Positions 22,001 through 31,768 are shown, numbered from the stretch's first letter. The stretch is DNA of 64,000 nucleotides from Candidatus Levyibacteriota bacterium (GCA_963790825.1 CAWBPM010000003.1:253681-317680), one strand, 5' to 3'. Made by a program: numbers and translations. The notes: generated from the letters alone by a model not told the origin.

Positions 22001-22542
22001 GACCTGGCAGCATTTTTTCCATCAAAAGTTACTTCCGAATCGGGGATAAAGATATTATCGGGAACAACATCTGTAGCGGCAGTGGCAACCGGTGCAGGAG
22101 CTACTGCGGCAGCTACGGTAAATAATAATCCACTTACTACATTTCCATTTCCGCCCGCATCACAGGGACTTACTGCAGGATTTGGGGTTAGCGCACATGC
22201 AGCTCCTACTGGAGAACCAACTGTAACTGAATAGGAGCAACTTGCAGATGCTACGCCTGCAATTGTCGTACAAGTATAACCAGCCGGCGGCGTGTAATTG
22301 ACAGCATACGTACCGGCATTAAGATTTGTTATTGTAAAACTAGCCTGTATAGCAGTGCCGGATTGAATTGGAGCAGGACCTGGAGGTAAAGTAGTAATAT
22401 TCCAGGTTCCTCCGACATTGGCTGCAGAGAAGTTTACCTGGATAGAACAATTATTCGTACAAAGAGCAGCAAATACGGAATGCGGAGAGAAATAAAGAAA
22501 AAATGCCAAGAAAAAGAAAAAAACGGACAGAAATTTTTTCAT
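16099..22542 (-). CDS. Giant 2147-aa polytopic membrane protein (VirB6/TrbL-like TM core) with nested repeats
   Basis: Signal peptide, Cys-rich ectodomain, a multi-TM block beginning W-x-x-IRN, a Pro linker, then about 1550 aa of repeats (KESxxGNTLATxILS units; three NR.QQ...DYE.VK..W...LPFL..GGFSQ.EI.AYLKAKEQA modules). Confidence 0.8.
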   Translation of the reverse strand: MKKFLSVFFFFLAFFLYFSPHSVFAALCTNNCSIQVNFSAANVGGTWNITTLPPGPAPIQSGTAIQASFTITNLNAGTYAVNYTPPAGYTCTTIAGVASASCSYSVTVGSPVGAACALTPNPAVSPCDAGGNGNVVSGLLFTVAAAVAPAPVATAATDVVPDNIFIPDSEVTFDGKNAARSGLLLDWSLQNYDWEQLNSVTSGTDPLLPFWVTIRNIVYAFFVLFVLITAFIIISTRGRSIGVRRFIPRFIAVILLVTFSYALIQFIYQITDIIQGFFLKNPDTATNIAHPEIWQGNLLYVGWDYTQFIGLRLTGDMNNESAFVSLLFVKLTALTYYVMVIILIIRRIILWFFIIVSPIFPLLLLYYPVRNTAKIWIGEFFRWALYAPLFAIFLAGLVQVWRAGVPLNFIPHDYSNYATLDQPLKPLAGNIWDPTNDIFPTAINILLGGPGQTVCYNNTATTPCNNSLNLPETFALYLVALLMLWMVIIVPWILLQIFLDYATNYNYAENSVIKNIRNRSSAFLGGAPPVPVNPAAPPGPAPSFGLGRVLPFTPKFNLPGRGAGLAKAIPASSNEAINTENNITKSSTAGLAKPLPADIVLLGLTNLSVPKMQDIARFETSILSTNKEKQQEVSTMQQSLEQIAHPEILTNTRDREHYKEIREHLVKESEKGNVLATTILNAANNTFTASNNTSARESQQLSRILGQIANPAVVSTTDRERITALKETLLKESEKGNTLATTILSAAEKTTNTSEMDKVRDQLVKESRQSNTLATTILSEMDRQSVSTDTKAFSQVLGQIANPAAVQTAKDQEVYSNLRGELVSESQKGNTLATTILSTATSTTQVQNTELSQLLTELASPEKITERTERERITTLKEKLVSESKEKNNTLATTLLSSSEKTLNNTEIQKVKEQLIKESEKGNTLATTLLSEMDRQSISKDTQVMSSVLEQLANPQSITTSTTDRQRITALKETLVRESKQGNTLATSILSATERTTSTSEMEKVRDQLVKESKQGNTLATSLLSEVDKQSASRDMQVMSQVMEHLANPASVTTSTVDRERISTLKETLVKESQQGNTLATSILSATKETTSAAGIQQLKDTLTKESKQGNGLATSVLSEINRQALTTDSKTQTSDVQKLKQRLMDARDKGDKNAAQILGLMLQQQYQTQTQAGTLTTPLPTANRVQQVNLEDYEAVKSMWTENYKNMDVPQSIETGQTDRKTWIKNDLENISRTIDLLSSTEQQKVAAGMREVSNILPFLMMGGFSQSEIVAYLKAKEQAGKVVLEELISSTNEEEDTTVEVKRETTTVPQHLTISRTADEEEAYQTPTITTASTPVLVDTKILTLTNLSLPTLRDIAKFETSMNSSSREKSTELVKLQEAMRNLQNPEALSNAQERDQYTKMRSELTKQSQTGDVLATSILTALQSATTSQNILSQPSVSSLQNVLTQIANPQEVVTSTTDRERINILKETLLKESRQGNTLATTILSATEKTTNASDIQKLKDQLMQESTKGNELATTLLSEVDKQTVSKETQVISQVLSQIVNSALSSIPAVADRQQYVRIKAKLEEESKKGNQLATSLLGVNSKTEKTDLQKVKQKLMDAQAKGDQLAGNILSLMSQSGVQTTGKQVTSSSVNLPTSNRIQQVSLEDYEAVKSMWTDNYKNMSIPQTAETGQMDRKTWVKSDLEKVTRAIDLLSSTDQQKVAAGMQEVANVLPFLLMGGFSQSEIVAYLKAKEQAGKTVLEDLEQNANEEETLIEAKEKTATTSEVGHMTTASEIESPDQEIARASIPVGTNLKALTYPQVNTKLLELTNLPLPTLRDIVRYESQPAQVSGKEEDIAKVREVLERISRPDNLTSSELRSKYGNLKQQLLEASKSFDPLATSLLTAAHTVSGRTADDEELLLSALKTVLMHITYLEEISDPLRKEKYISLKNRLQAEKENGNLLAQAILVEFPEKLGKDALLKIKNQIFSEKEKKNQLAEEVWLQVEEEKKYLLSYIAGSFPSVNKLQQINVADYETVKKLWQENYSKMDIPEAPGGVIQNRITWLVKEIENIEQIILLLTASAPEKVKAGMEAVSNILPFLLLGGFSQNEIIAYLKAKEQAAKDVLENLKKEGYETEELITIQKITKPSLEMSAEDEPETKK

Positions 22543-22556
22543 AAGTTTTGCGTATA

Positions 22557-22856
22557 TTACGCACTAAATCCGGGAACATGTAAAATATCAACCAGTACAA
22601 CTTGTACGAAAACGTAACCTAAAATTGCAAATAATATGCCGATTACCGCGTATTTAATGTAGCTTTTCCCTTTATCCAAGGCTTCATGATCTCCTTGAGA
22701 ACTTAGAACAATGTATCCGCCATAAATTAAAAATAAGATTGCCAGACCGCCGATCATACTTAAGCCTATACCGTAAAATTTCTCTACCAGCTGAACCGGG
22801 TCTGTCGGTAAACAACCAAGATCGGTACTAACCGTATTAGGAGCACAAGTATCCAT
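22557..22856 (-). CDS. CPR-type VirB2/TrbC-like pilin
   Basis: 99 aa with two TM helices linked by GGY..LSSQGD....KGK..I..AVIG, the typical T4SS-pilin-like pattern; N-terminal Cys pair. Confidence 0.75.
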   Translation of the reverse strand: MDTCAPNTVSTDLGCLPTDPVQLVEKFYGIGLSMIGGLAILFLIYGGYIVLSSQGDHEALDKGKSYIKYAVIGILFAILGYVFVQVVLVDILHVPGFSA

Positions 22857-22955
22857 ATACTAAGCCTAGCATAAAAATGAGACAAAAAACAACTCTATAA
22901 GACAGGTTAGATTTTAGCTTTATTTGAGGACTTAAAACAGAAGAATTTTATATTT

Positions 22956-24740
22956 TTAGTTAAATTTATACTTTTTGCCGTCTATATTCATAATAAAAGA
23001 TTGATTGGCAAGTATATGAGAATAAACAAAAACTATCTCCTGATTAGTCGGATCCAGTTGATAGGCTTTTTTTATTGCATCCAGAGCAGCTTGTTTGTCA
23101 TGCAGTTTAAGTTTAGTAAGTGCCAGAAGTTTCCACAGATCGGAAGAATCCGGTGAATCCGGATAATCCTTTACCGCTTCTTCCAAAAAGTCATTCGCTT
23201 TATTTGGGTCATCGTAATAAACCAAAATCGGTGCGTAATTACGATAAGTTAACAAATAATGCTTATGTTGTAAAACCAGCTGGTACTGCTTTGCATGAAG
23301 CGCCAATTCATAATACTTCTCTGCTTTTTGGAAATCTCCCATTCTCCCATATGTAGCTCCCATATTTTGCAAATTCAGCTCGTTTGGTCTTTGGGAAATA
23401 GATATAGTAAGATGTTTTAGCGCATCACTATATTTATTTATATTTAAATACTCAACTCCGAGGTCATTCTCAATATCAAAATTATCACTAATTAAAATAT
23501 CATAGTTATAAAGAGTAAAAACATCATGCCAATCATTATTTCTGATTATTGTTCTCACTGATAATGAGAGGACAATAATAATTGCAATAAAAACAATGAC
23601 TGACGCATTCATCTTTAGCTTATGAATAATTATCTGGCAAATGATCCCGAATATTCCCAGCAGTCCTACCAGCGGAAAGTAAAACCAGCGGTCTGCAACA
23701 GTCATATCGAGAGGGAAAATCTGAGCTATCATTAAAAATCCCAGGACGAGCCAGGCGGAGAAAAAAAAGAAAGGCTTGGAGAATTGTTTATGATGCTTTG
23801 CGGTATATATACCTACTAAAGTAATAAAAGCAATAAATGACAGATCTATGATGAGCGGGAGATAAAGGGTTGAAAAATGCAGAGAGGTTATTACCCATTG
23901 CTGATCAGTGGCAAGCGTTTTAGGAAAAAAGGACGTTTTGAGATAGTAAAACATGATCATTGGCATATTAAGCAAACGTTCAAACAAAGAGAGACTGGCT
24001 ATGGGAGTTACCGGTCGCGCTGATATATCCACTTGTCCAATAAAAATACGGATAAAAGCGTAGAGACTAATGGTAATAAAACTGCCAATTGAGAGTTTAC
24101 TTAGGTTATTTTTCAAAAAAAGAAAACTATAAATCAGAATCATGCAAACAAAAAGTATCCCTGTTTCTTTTGTGAGTAACGAAAGAAGTGCTAAAGAAAA
24201 AATAATTACAAGTTTTTTACCAGACAGGTTTTCGTTCATAGAAAGCAAGAGTGACAATGCTCCAAAGAGAAAGAAAAGAGGGTTGATCGTCTGTGCAATG
24301 TAAGATACCGCTTCGATGTTGATTGGATGAACCAGAAATACAATTGATAAAAAAAGGGTAATTCCCTTAGAAAAATACTTTTGAAAAAAAATAAAGATAA
24401 TAATTGTACAGATAATATGTAATACCAACTGAAGAAAATGGTAGATAAAAGGTGCATTAGCAAAAGCTGTACAGAGAATAGAGAAGTATAATTCGGGTAT
24501 TGGTCGATATTGTCCGCCGTTATTAAATAGATTATTCCCAAAAGCATAGAACAGATTTATATGATACGTATATAAATTTCTGATTATATACGTATAATCG
24601 TCCCAGACAAATCCGTTGAAAAGCATATTGAAGTAGACGATAAATCCGACGATTGCAATAATATGGATCGCTTTCTTTGTGGTTAGAGGAATAAAGAAAC
24701 GCTTTAGAGAAAACTCCTGTTGGTTGGGCGTATCCTGCAT
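22956..24740 (-). CDS. TMTC-like GT-C glycosyltransferase (putative protein O-mannosyltransferase) with C-terminal TPRs, copy 1
   Basis: FVWDD, YRP, HPI..EAV, TKETG, VADRWFYFP, RNNDW motifs; many TM helices, then TPR-like repeats. Confidence 0.8.
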   Translation of the reverse strand: MQDTPNQQEFSLKRFFIPLTTKKAIHIIAIVGFIVYFNMLFNGFVWDDYTYIIRNLYTYHINLFYAFGNNLFNNGGQYRPIPELYFSILCTAFANAPFIYHFLQLVLHIICTIIIFIFFQKYFSKGITLFLSIVFLVHPINIEAVSYIAQTINPLFFLFGALSLLLSMNENLSGKKLVIIFSLALLSLLTKETGILFVCMILIYSFLFLKNNLSKLSIGSFITISLYAFIRIFIGQVDISARPVTPIASLSLFERLLNMPMIMFYYLKTSFFPKTLATDQQWVITSLHFSTLYLPLIIDLSFIAFITLVGIYTAKHHKQFSKPFFFFSAWLVLGFLMIAQIFPLDMTVADRWFYFPLVGLLGIFGIICQIIIHKLKMNASVIVFIAIIIVLSLSVRTIIRNNDWHDVFTLYNYDILISDNFDIENDLGVEYLNINKYSDALKHLTISISQRPNELNLQNMGATYGRMGDFQKAEKYYELALHAKQYQLVLQHKHYLLTYRNYAPILVYYDDPNKANDFLEEAVKDYPDSPDSSDLWKLLALTKLKLHDKQAALDAIKKAYQLDPTNQEIVFVYSHILANQSFIMNIDGKKYKFN

Positions 24741-24809
24741 GTCATTATGCTAACATTAAAGATAAAGTTATTTCAATTACAATTTGCTTCTTAGAACCAG
24801 CCTCTTTTT

Positions 24810-26602
24810 TTAGTTAAATTTATACTTTTTGCCGTCTATATTCATAATAAAAGATTGATTGGCAAGTATATGAGAATAAACAAAAACTATCTCCTGATTA
24901 GTCGGATCCAGTTGATAGGCTTTTTTTATTGCGTCCAGGGCAGCTTGTTTGTCATGTAATTTAAGTTTAGTAAGCGCCAGAAATTCCCATAGATTCGAAG
25001 AACCTGGTGAATCCGGATAATCTTTTACCGCTTCTTCCAAAAAGTCATTTGCTTTATTTGGATTATCATAATAAACCAAAATCGGTGCGTAGTTACGATA
25101 AGTTAACATAGCATGTTTATGTGGTAAATATGCCCCATAATCATCCGCGTGAAGAGCCAGTTCATAGTATTTCTTTGCATTTTGTATATCTCCCAGCCGT
25201 GTATATACAATCCCAATATTTTGTAAATCTAGTTCATTCGATCTTTGGGAAACAGATAAAGTAAGATGCTTAAGCGCATCATTATATTTATTTATATATA
25301 AATACTCAATTCCAAGGTCATTCTCAATTTCGAAATTATCCTCTACCCTACTATCATGAGCAAAAAGCGTCATGCCGTTATACCAATTGGCGTTACGTAT
25401 TATTGTTCTGACAGAAAAAACAAGAAGAAGCACAATTATGCAGACTACAGCAATCTTAGTAAGCTTTCTGTTAGGAAAAATTGCCTCTTGTACTCCAATA
25501 CCAAGTACTCCAAGTAGTCCAACCATAGGGAAATAGAAATACCGATCGGCTACCGTCATATCCAAAGAAAAGAGTTGCGAATGCATAGTAAGTCCCGACA
25601 AAAACCAGAGGGAAAAGAAAAGAAAAATAGGGAAAGTCTTGCGATTCGATCTAAATGTGTATATTCCCAGAAGAATGAGAAGTACGAAAAAAAGCATATC
25701 GATGAGAAGCGGGATGTAAAAGGTTGATAAAGCAATATTTGTAATAACCCATTTTTGATCAATGGCCAGTTTTAAAGGAAAGAAGAAAGTTTTGAGATAA
25801 TAGAATACAACCATGGGGATATTGATCAGCCGCTGGGTAAACGTTAGGTTACTGATTGGATTATCGAATGTTACCTTTGCAAAGAAGACATGTCCTATGC
25901 CAAAACGCATCAGGAAATACAGGAGAGAGATTATTATTCCGAAAATTACGAAGGTAGACAATTTTTGTCTTTGAAACAAGACTCCATAGACTAAGATGAT
26001 AAATAGAAATAGAATACCGGTTTCTTTTGTCAGAAGACTGCATAATAATAGAAGCGGTATTAATAAGATGTATGATTTTTTATAGTGTATTTTCTACTTA
26101 ACAACAATGCTGAGATTCCGAAAAGAAAAAATAGAACGCTGTTAGCACCAATTATATATGAAACTGACTCAACTTGAATAGGATGAATAAGAAAAAGTAA
26201 GGAGAGAAACAACGCAAGATACCTGGAGAAGAACCTCTTAAATAGAAAATACACCAGTATCGTGTTTACGATATGCAGAAGGAGCTGCGTTATATGGTAG
26301 ATGAAAGAAGTGTCTTGGAATACTGAATACAATAGAGAAGTGTACAGGAAGTATATTGGGCGGTAAAACCCGGCAAAAGAACTATTAAACAAACTTGGGC
26401 CAAATATTGTTGAAAGATTAATTGAATGAACTTGCGGGTTGTTAAGAATATAAGTTATATCGTCCCAGACAAATCCGTTGAAAAGCATATTGAAGTAGAC
26501 GATAAATCCGACGATTGCAATAATATGGATCGCTTTCTTTGTGGTTAGAGGAATAAAGAAACGCTTTAGAGAAAATTCCTGTTGGTTAGACGTATCCTGC
26601 AT
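24810..26602 (-). CDS. TMTC-like GT-C glycosyltransferase with TPRs, copy 2, frameshifted in an A6 run at 26076-26081
   Basis: ORFs 26060-26602 and 24810-25979 join if one A is added (TIKKSYILLIPLLLLCSLLTKETG); paralogous to 22956-24740. Confidence 0.8.
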
Positions 26603-26652
26603 GTCATTATGCTAGCATTAAAGATGGGGTTATTTCAATTACAATTTGCTTC

Positions 26653-27561
26653 TTAGAACCAGCCTCTTCCTTTTTTCCCTTCCTCAGAAAATTCTTCAAG
26701 CAGTTCTCTTTGTCTCCTGGTTAAATTTTTTGGTACTGTTACTTTTAGCTTAACGTACTGGTCTCCCCGTCCCGATCCCCGGACGTGAGGAACACCTTTT
26801 CCGCTTAAGCGAACGAGTGTGTTTGGCTGAGTCCCTGCGGGAATTTTAATCTTTACTTCGCCGTCGATAGTCGGAATGTTTGTTTCCCCGCCTAGCGCCG
26901 CATCAACGAAGGCAATGTCTTTTTCAACAACAATATCCGATCCCTCGCGGTGGAAAAGGGGATCCAAAGTAACCTCGACAACAATATCATATTCACCAAA
27001 ACGAATTCTTGAACCGCTATCAACTCCTGCCGGGATTTTTATTCTTTGTTTTTTGCCACTAATCGTAACTTCTTTTTCTACTCCATGTACCGCATCGGAG
27101 AAACTGAGTCTGATTTGGTAAGCTGTCCTCCTTGCAGCTCTGCCGAAAGGTGATGCGCCGCCGAAAAACTGTTCAAAAATATCGAAAGGATCCGAGAATC
27201 CGCCGAAATCAAAATCCGCACCGCCGCCATTCGTAGAATAGGTATAGGTAAACGGTCCGTATCTGCCTCCCTGCTGACCAAAACCGCCAAACGGCCCGCC
27301 CTGAGCTCCGCCGAAGGGCCCCTGACCTCCTGCGCCTTCAAATGCAGTGTGTCCCAGCTGGTCATATTGCTGCCTTTTTTGTTCACTGCCCAGCACCTCG
27401 TAGGCCTTATTAATTTCTTTAAATTTTTCCTCGGCTTCTTTGCTTTTATTCCGGTCCGGATGATACTCTAAAGCCAGCTTTCGATACGCCTTTTTGATTT
27501 CGTCAACCGATGCAGTTTTCGAAACACCTAAAATGTCATAATAATCACGTGATTGCGGCAT
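26653..27561 (-). CDS. dnaJ: DnaJ-class co-chaperone without zinc finger
   Basis: J-domain with HPD, G/F-rich region, DIFEQFFG, C-terminal domain; lies in the dnaK operon. Confidence 0.9.
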   Translation of the reverse strand: MPQSRDYYDILGVSKTASVDEIKKAYRKLALEYHPDRNKSKEAEEKFKEINKAYEVLGSEQKRQQYDQLGHTAFEGAGGQGPFGGAQGGPFGGFGQQGGRYGPFTYTYSTNGGGADFDFGGFSDPFDIFEQFFGGASPFGRAARRTAYQIRLSFSDAVHGVEKEVTISGKKQRIKIPAGVDSGSRIRFGEYDIVVEVTLDPLFHREGSDIVVEKDIAFVDAALGGETNIPTIDGEVKIKIPAGTQPNTLVRLSGKGVPHVRGSGRGDQYVKLKVTVPKNLTRRQRELLEEFSEEGKKGRGWF

Positions 27562-27607
27562 AATTGTTTTCTATTATAGCAAAAGAAGATAGTAGGTGCT
27601 TAGGATT

Positions 27608-27916
27608 TCATTTAATTCTACCTAGAGGCACTATTAAAACCGGCTTCTTATTTTTATCTTGCTTATCTTCGTTGTGGTAGTATGCTCTATAACGGCGCCC
27701 TTCAGGATCATCTCTATATGGAATATCTTCATGCCAAAAACTACCGGTTGTTTCAATTTCTTCTCTTGCTATAAAATGGTCCCTGTTTAAAATACCCAGA
27801 TCTGCAGGAACTTTAATTACTTTTTCTCTAATTCCAATATTAAATACCGGCGTATTTTCTGTGGGGAGAGATTCTATTTTGAATTGTAATATTTGCGGAG
27901 AATCGACTTCCGTCAT
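27608..27916 (-). CDS. Hypothetical protein between dnaK and dnaJ
   Basis: 102-aa ORF starting 3 nt after the corrected dnaK stop. Confidence 0.55.
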   Translation of the reverse strand: MTEVDSPQILQFKIESLPTENTPVFNIGIREKVIKVPADLGILNRDHFIAREEIETTGSFWHEDIPYRDDPEGRRYRAYYHNEDKQDKNKKPVLIVPLGRIK

Positions 27917-27919
27917 GTT

Positions 27920-29874
27920 TTACTCGACGACCTCTCCTTCGACCGGTTCGTCGGGCTTTTTATCGCCCTGTTTTGAGTCTGCTGAAGAATCCTGTCCTGA
28001 GCTTGCCGAAGGATCTTTTCCTTCTTCTGTACTGGCAGTACTTTCTGATTTTTGACCATCTGCTCCGTTTGCTCCGGCTTGCTGGTTTTGGTACATTGCC
28101 TGACCGACTTTCTGCAGTGAATCCGAAAGGCTTTCGTCTTTGCTTCCAGGTCTTCTTTGCTTCCGCTTTCCAGAATTGCTTTCACTGCCGATATTTTATC
28201 TTCGACTTCTTTTTTAAGATCAGCTGTTACTTTATCTTTCGCATCGCTTAGTGACCTTTCAGCCGTGAAAATAAGCGAGTCGGCTGCATTTCGAGATTCG
28301 ACTTTTCCTTTTTTCTCTTCGTCTTCTTTCGCATGCATCTCTGCTTCCTTGGTCATCTTCTCAACTTCGTCTTTGGAAAGACCGGTTGAGCCGGTTATTT
28401 TAATACTCTGTTCTTTTCCGCTGGCTTTATCTTGTGCCTTAACATTTAGAATTCCGTTGGCATCGATATCAAAAGTCACTTCAACTTGCGGAACACCACG
28501 AGGGGATGGTGGAATACCTGAGAGAATAAACCGTCCTAATGACTTATTATCTCCTGCCATCGGACGCTCTCCCTGAAGCACATTAATTTCAACCTGGGTC
28601 TGATTATCGGCTGCAGTTGAGAAAACCTGCGATTTGGAAGAAGGAATAGTAGTATTACGCGTAATGAGCGGAGTTGATACGCCGCCGAGAGTTTCGATAC
28701 CTAAGGTTAATGGTGTCACGTCCAAAAGCAAAACGTCTTTCACTTCGCCTCCAAGCACTCCGCCCTGGATCGCAGCGCCAACTGCGACGACTTCATCAGG
28801 ATTGACGGATTTATTCGGCTCTTTGCCGAAATAAGACGTAACAGTCTCAATAACTTTCGGCATTCTCGTCATACCGCCGACGAGTACTACTTCATCAATA
28901 TCAGACGGCTTAATGCCGGCATCTTTAAGCGCCAACTCAACCGGTTTGAGAGTTTTTTGCACCAGATCACCCACTAATTGTTCAAGTTTCGCCCGGGTTA
29001 GTGTCATTGTCAAATGCAGCGGTCCGTCTTTTCCCTGCGTGATAAACGGCTGATTAATTGATGCTTCCTGACTGGAAGACAGTTCGATTTTGGCTTTTTC
29101 GGCTGATTCCCGAAGACGCTGGAGTGCTTGCGAGTCTTTGCGAAGATCAATGTTGTTGTCTTTTTTAAATTCATCAGCGATATAATCGACAATTTTTTGA
29201 TCGAAATCATCGCCGCCCAGATGCGTATCACCGTTGGTTGATTTTACTTCCGTAACCCCTTCGCCAAGTTCTAAAATAGAGATATCGAATGTGCCGCCTC
29301 CCAAATCGTAAATTGCAATTGTATGTGTATTTTTCTTATCAAGTCCGTACGCGAGTGCTGCTGCCGTCGGTTCATTAATAATTCGCAAGACTTCAAGCCC
29401 GGCAATTTCTCCGGCTTGTTTCGTAGCCTGGCGTTGTGAATCGTCAAAGTATGCGGGCACCGTGATAACTGCTTGTGTTACTTTATCCCCCAAATAACTT
29501 TCCGCATCTGCTTTAATTTTTTGCAGAATTTGGGCTGAAATTTCCTGCGGCGTATAGGTCTTTCCGTCAACTTCGACCACAGCCATATCGTCACGCCCGG
29601 CTTTCACGTTATAGGGAAGCCACTTCATATCAAACTGCACTGATTGGTCGTGGAACTTTTTCCCCATTAGGCGTTTGATTGAGAAAATCGTTTCTTTCGG
29701 CTTAAGAACCATTTGCCGTTTTGCGACGTCTCCGACAACATGTGTTTTCGGATCGACGACGGACGGGATAGTATTTCTTCCCTCTGCCGAATGAATGACT
29801 TTAGGCGTTCCGCCCTCCATCACTGCAACACATGAATTTGTTGTTCCTAAATCAATACCAATTATTTTTCCCAT
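27920..29874 (-). CDS. dnaK: Chaperone DnaK with a single-base frameshift near 28128
   Basis: [30 protein letters not shown] motifs. Restoring one base gives the normal tail [13 protein letters not shown]...PVEGEVVE* ending at 27920. Confidence 0.96.
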
Positions 29875-29878
29875 AATT

Positions 29879-30379
29879 TTAATTTGTCTCCTGCTTTTTT
29901 CCTCCGACGATTACTTGCGCCGGACGAAGTAATTTTTCAAGCATCATATATCCAGTTCTTACTTCTTCTATTACTTTTCCCTCTTCTCCCGATGCAATTC
30001 CGATTGCTTCCATCGTCATCGGATCAAACTTCTTACCAACGGTTTCAACCTGTTTAACTCCTTCGCTTTTCAATATATCCTGAAACATGCCCGTACTTAC
30101 CGTTAGACTTTGATCCTTCGAATGCTTACTTGCTAAAATTAGTGTATCTAAAACCGGAAGAATTCGCAATAGGAGCTCTCTGTTTGACACTCTAATCCAG
30201 TCTTTTCGTTCCTCATCAACCCGTTTTACCAGATTTTGGTAATCAGCCAGAACCCGTTTTACCTGATTTTCCAAATCGCTAACTTTTTCTTCCAGTTTTG
30301 CTGTTACTTTATCGATCCGATCCGTGTCCTCTGTTTCTTCTCCAACTTCTTCCTCCGGTTTTTTTACGTCGTCTGTCAT
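29879..30379 (-). CDS. grpE: Nucleotide exchange factor GrpE
   Basis: ADYQNL.KR, FDP..MEA, GY....LLRPAQV motifs. Confidence 0.93.
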   Translation of the reverse strand: MTDDVKKPEEEVGEETEDTDRIDKVTAKLEEKVSDLENQVKRVLADYQNLVKRVDEERKDWIRVSNRELLLRILPVLDTLILASKHSKDQSLTVSTGMFQDILKSEGVKQVETVGKKFDPMTMEAIGIASGEEGKVIEEVRTGYMMLEKLLRPAQVIVGGKKQETN

Positions 30380-30395
30380 ATTTATTATATAATTT

Positions 30396-31127
30396 TTACC
30401 ATCCTTTTGCCACTTCTTCTATTAAGCCACCAAAGTAGCGGACAGTCGGTACAATTGCCATATAATTAAGCCGTACCGGACCGATTACGCCGATTTCTCC
30501 GCCCTGATGAAGCGGTGTTTCATAATGGATAAAGACGAATCCATATGGACCTTTGAGTCTTGTTCCAAGCTCATCCCCCAAAACTATGTGAATCTTTTCG
30601 TCGCTACCGGCATTTTCAAAAATAGATGCAAAACAATCCGATTCGTCAAGCGCTGCCAAAAGGTTTTTCGTAATATCAATATCGAAAAACTCCGGCATTT
30701 CCAAAATATTTGCATAACCGGAACTATACAGATCCCCCTCACCCGACGTAGCAATTGCTAGGGCTCCTGTTTTTTCAGCCAGAGAACGGGTAACTGCTTT
30801 CAGAAATCGTTGCGTGCGCTCGCGAAAGTCCCATACTTTTTCTTTTAATGCCACTTCCTCAACTGTTGAAAGCTGTCTCTCCTTCATCAGTTCGGTGACA
30901 TAAAACTTCATCCCTGCGGGAGTCGGAATTCTGCCTGCCGATGAATGGGGTTTTCTAAGATAGCCAAATTCGGAAAGCCGGACCATTTCGTTGCGGATCG
31001 TTGCCGGAGAGGCGCTTAAATTATGTTTTTTCTCAAGCGTTTCCGATCCTACCGGTTCCGCAGTATCAATATACTCCTCAATGACTGCTTTAACGATTTC
31101 TATTTGCCGCTGCGTTAAATTATGCAT
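30396..31127 (-). CDS. hrcA: Heat-inducible repressor HrcA (short form)
   Basis: YIDTAEPVGS, SPATIRNEM, PHSSAGRIPT, GVIGPVRLNY motifs. Confidence 0.93.
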   Translation of the reverse strand: MHNLTQRQIEIVKAVIEEYIDTAEPVGSETLEKKHNLSASPATIRNEMVRLSEFGYLRKPHSSAGRIPTPAGMKFYVTELMKERQLSTVEEVALKEKVWDFRERTQRFLKAVTRSLAEKTGALAIATSGEGDLYSSGYANILEMPEFFDIDITKNLLAALDESDCFASIFENAGSDEKIHIVLGDELGTRLKGPYGFVFIHYETPLHQGGEIGVIGPVRLNYMAIVPTVRYFGGLIEEVAKGW

Positions 31128-31155
31128 ATTTTTGCTTTTTATACTTCAGGACTAA

Positions 31156-31193
31156 TTAGCAATATATATATCACGACTGCCAAGTGTTGTCAA
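31156..31193 (-). promoter_or_regulatory. CIRCE-like inverted repeat overlapping the hrcA promoter
   Basis: Minus strand TTGGCAGTC-N10-TATTGCTAA (consensus TTAGCACTC-N9-GAGTGCTAA) overlaps TTGACA(31193-31188)-17-TATATA. The spacer is one base longer than canonical. Confidence 0.55.
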
Positions 31194-31261
31194 GTGACAA
31201 TTCTACAAGAAGTTTCATTTGACATTTCTTACTCAGTCATGCATGATAAAAAAGAATAATT

Positions 31262-31768
31262 ATGGATCAAAATAACACGCAAGCAAATTCTCAAGCAGCA
31301 CCGGTTGCAACTACTGCGTTTGCGTTAGCAACAGATATGCAGCAAGACAGGAATCAGTACTGGGACAAAGATGCGCTCATGAATGAGCTGCAGCAGAAAC
31401 AGCTTGAAGAAGAAAAGCAAAAACCAAACCTCAGTCCGACGGATAAGCTTACAGATGATGTCGAGCGGGAACTTCTTTTTCATATTATCTGGAATATGCA
31501 CGAAAGTAAACTCTCTCCCGAGGAGGGAGCACGTCTTGCGGAGGAATTCTTAGCTATTCTTCCTGCCAAAGATAAAGAAGAGTTACTGGAAAAGCTAAAT
31601 ATTTTGTCGCAAAAATATAAAGAAGCACAATCGGTCTATCTGAAATATGCAGATGAACAAAATAAAGAGAAGCGGGACGATGCACTACGTCTGATGTCAG
31701 AGCATATTCAAAACGGTAACTTGGAAGAGGCAATACGAGTAGCGAAAGGAGCAACAGCACAATCATGA
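31262..31768 (+). CDS. Hypothetical helical protein
   Basis: 168-aa ORF behind TTGACA-17-CATGAT; overlaps the next gene by ATGA. Confidence 0.75.
   Translation: MDQNNTQANSQAAPVATTAFALATDMQQDRNQYWDKDALMNELQQKQLEEEKQKPNLSPTDKLTDDVERELLFHIIWNMHESKLSPEEGARLAEEFLAILPAKDKEELLEKLNILSQKYKEAQSVYLKYADEQNKEKRDDALRLMSEHIQNGNLEEAIRVAKGATAQS

Larger units (their letters stand above)
22952..26668. repeat. Tandem duplication of an approximately 1.86-kb unit (TMTC gene, promoter and last codons of dnaJ)
   Basis: About 24598-24806 is nearly identical to about 26460-26668, including TTAGAACCAGCCTCTT (dnaJ 3' end). About 22952-23100 is nearly identical to about 24806-24954. Confidence 0.9.

Noticed and set aside
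27913-28130. Novel basic C-terminal extension of DnaK in the ORF track
   Set aside because: Frameshift artefact; the alternative frame encodes the usual acidic DnaK tail.
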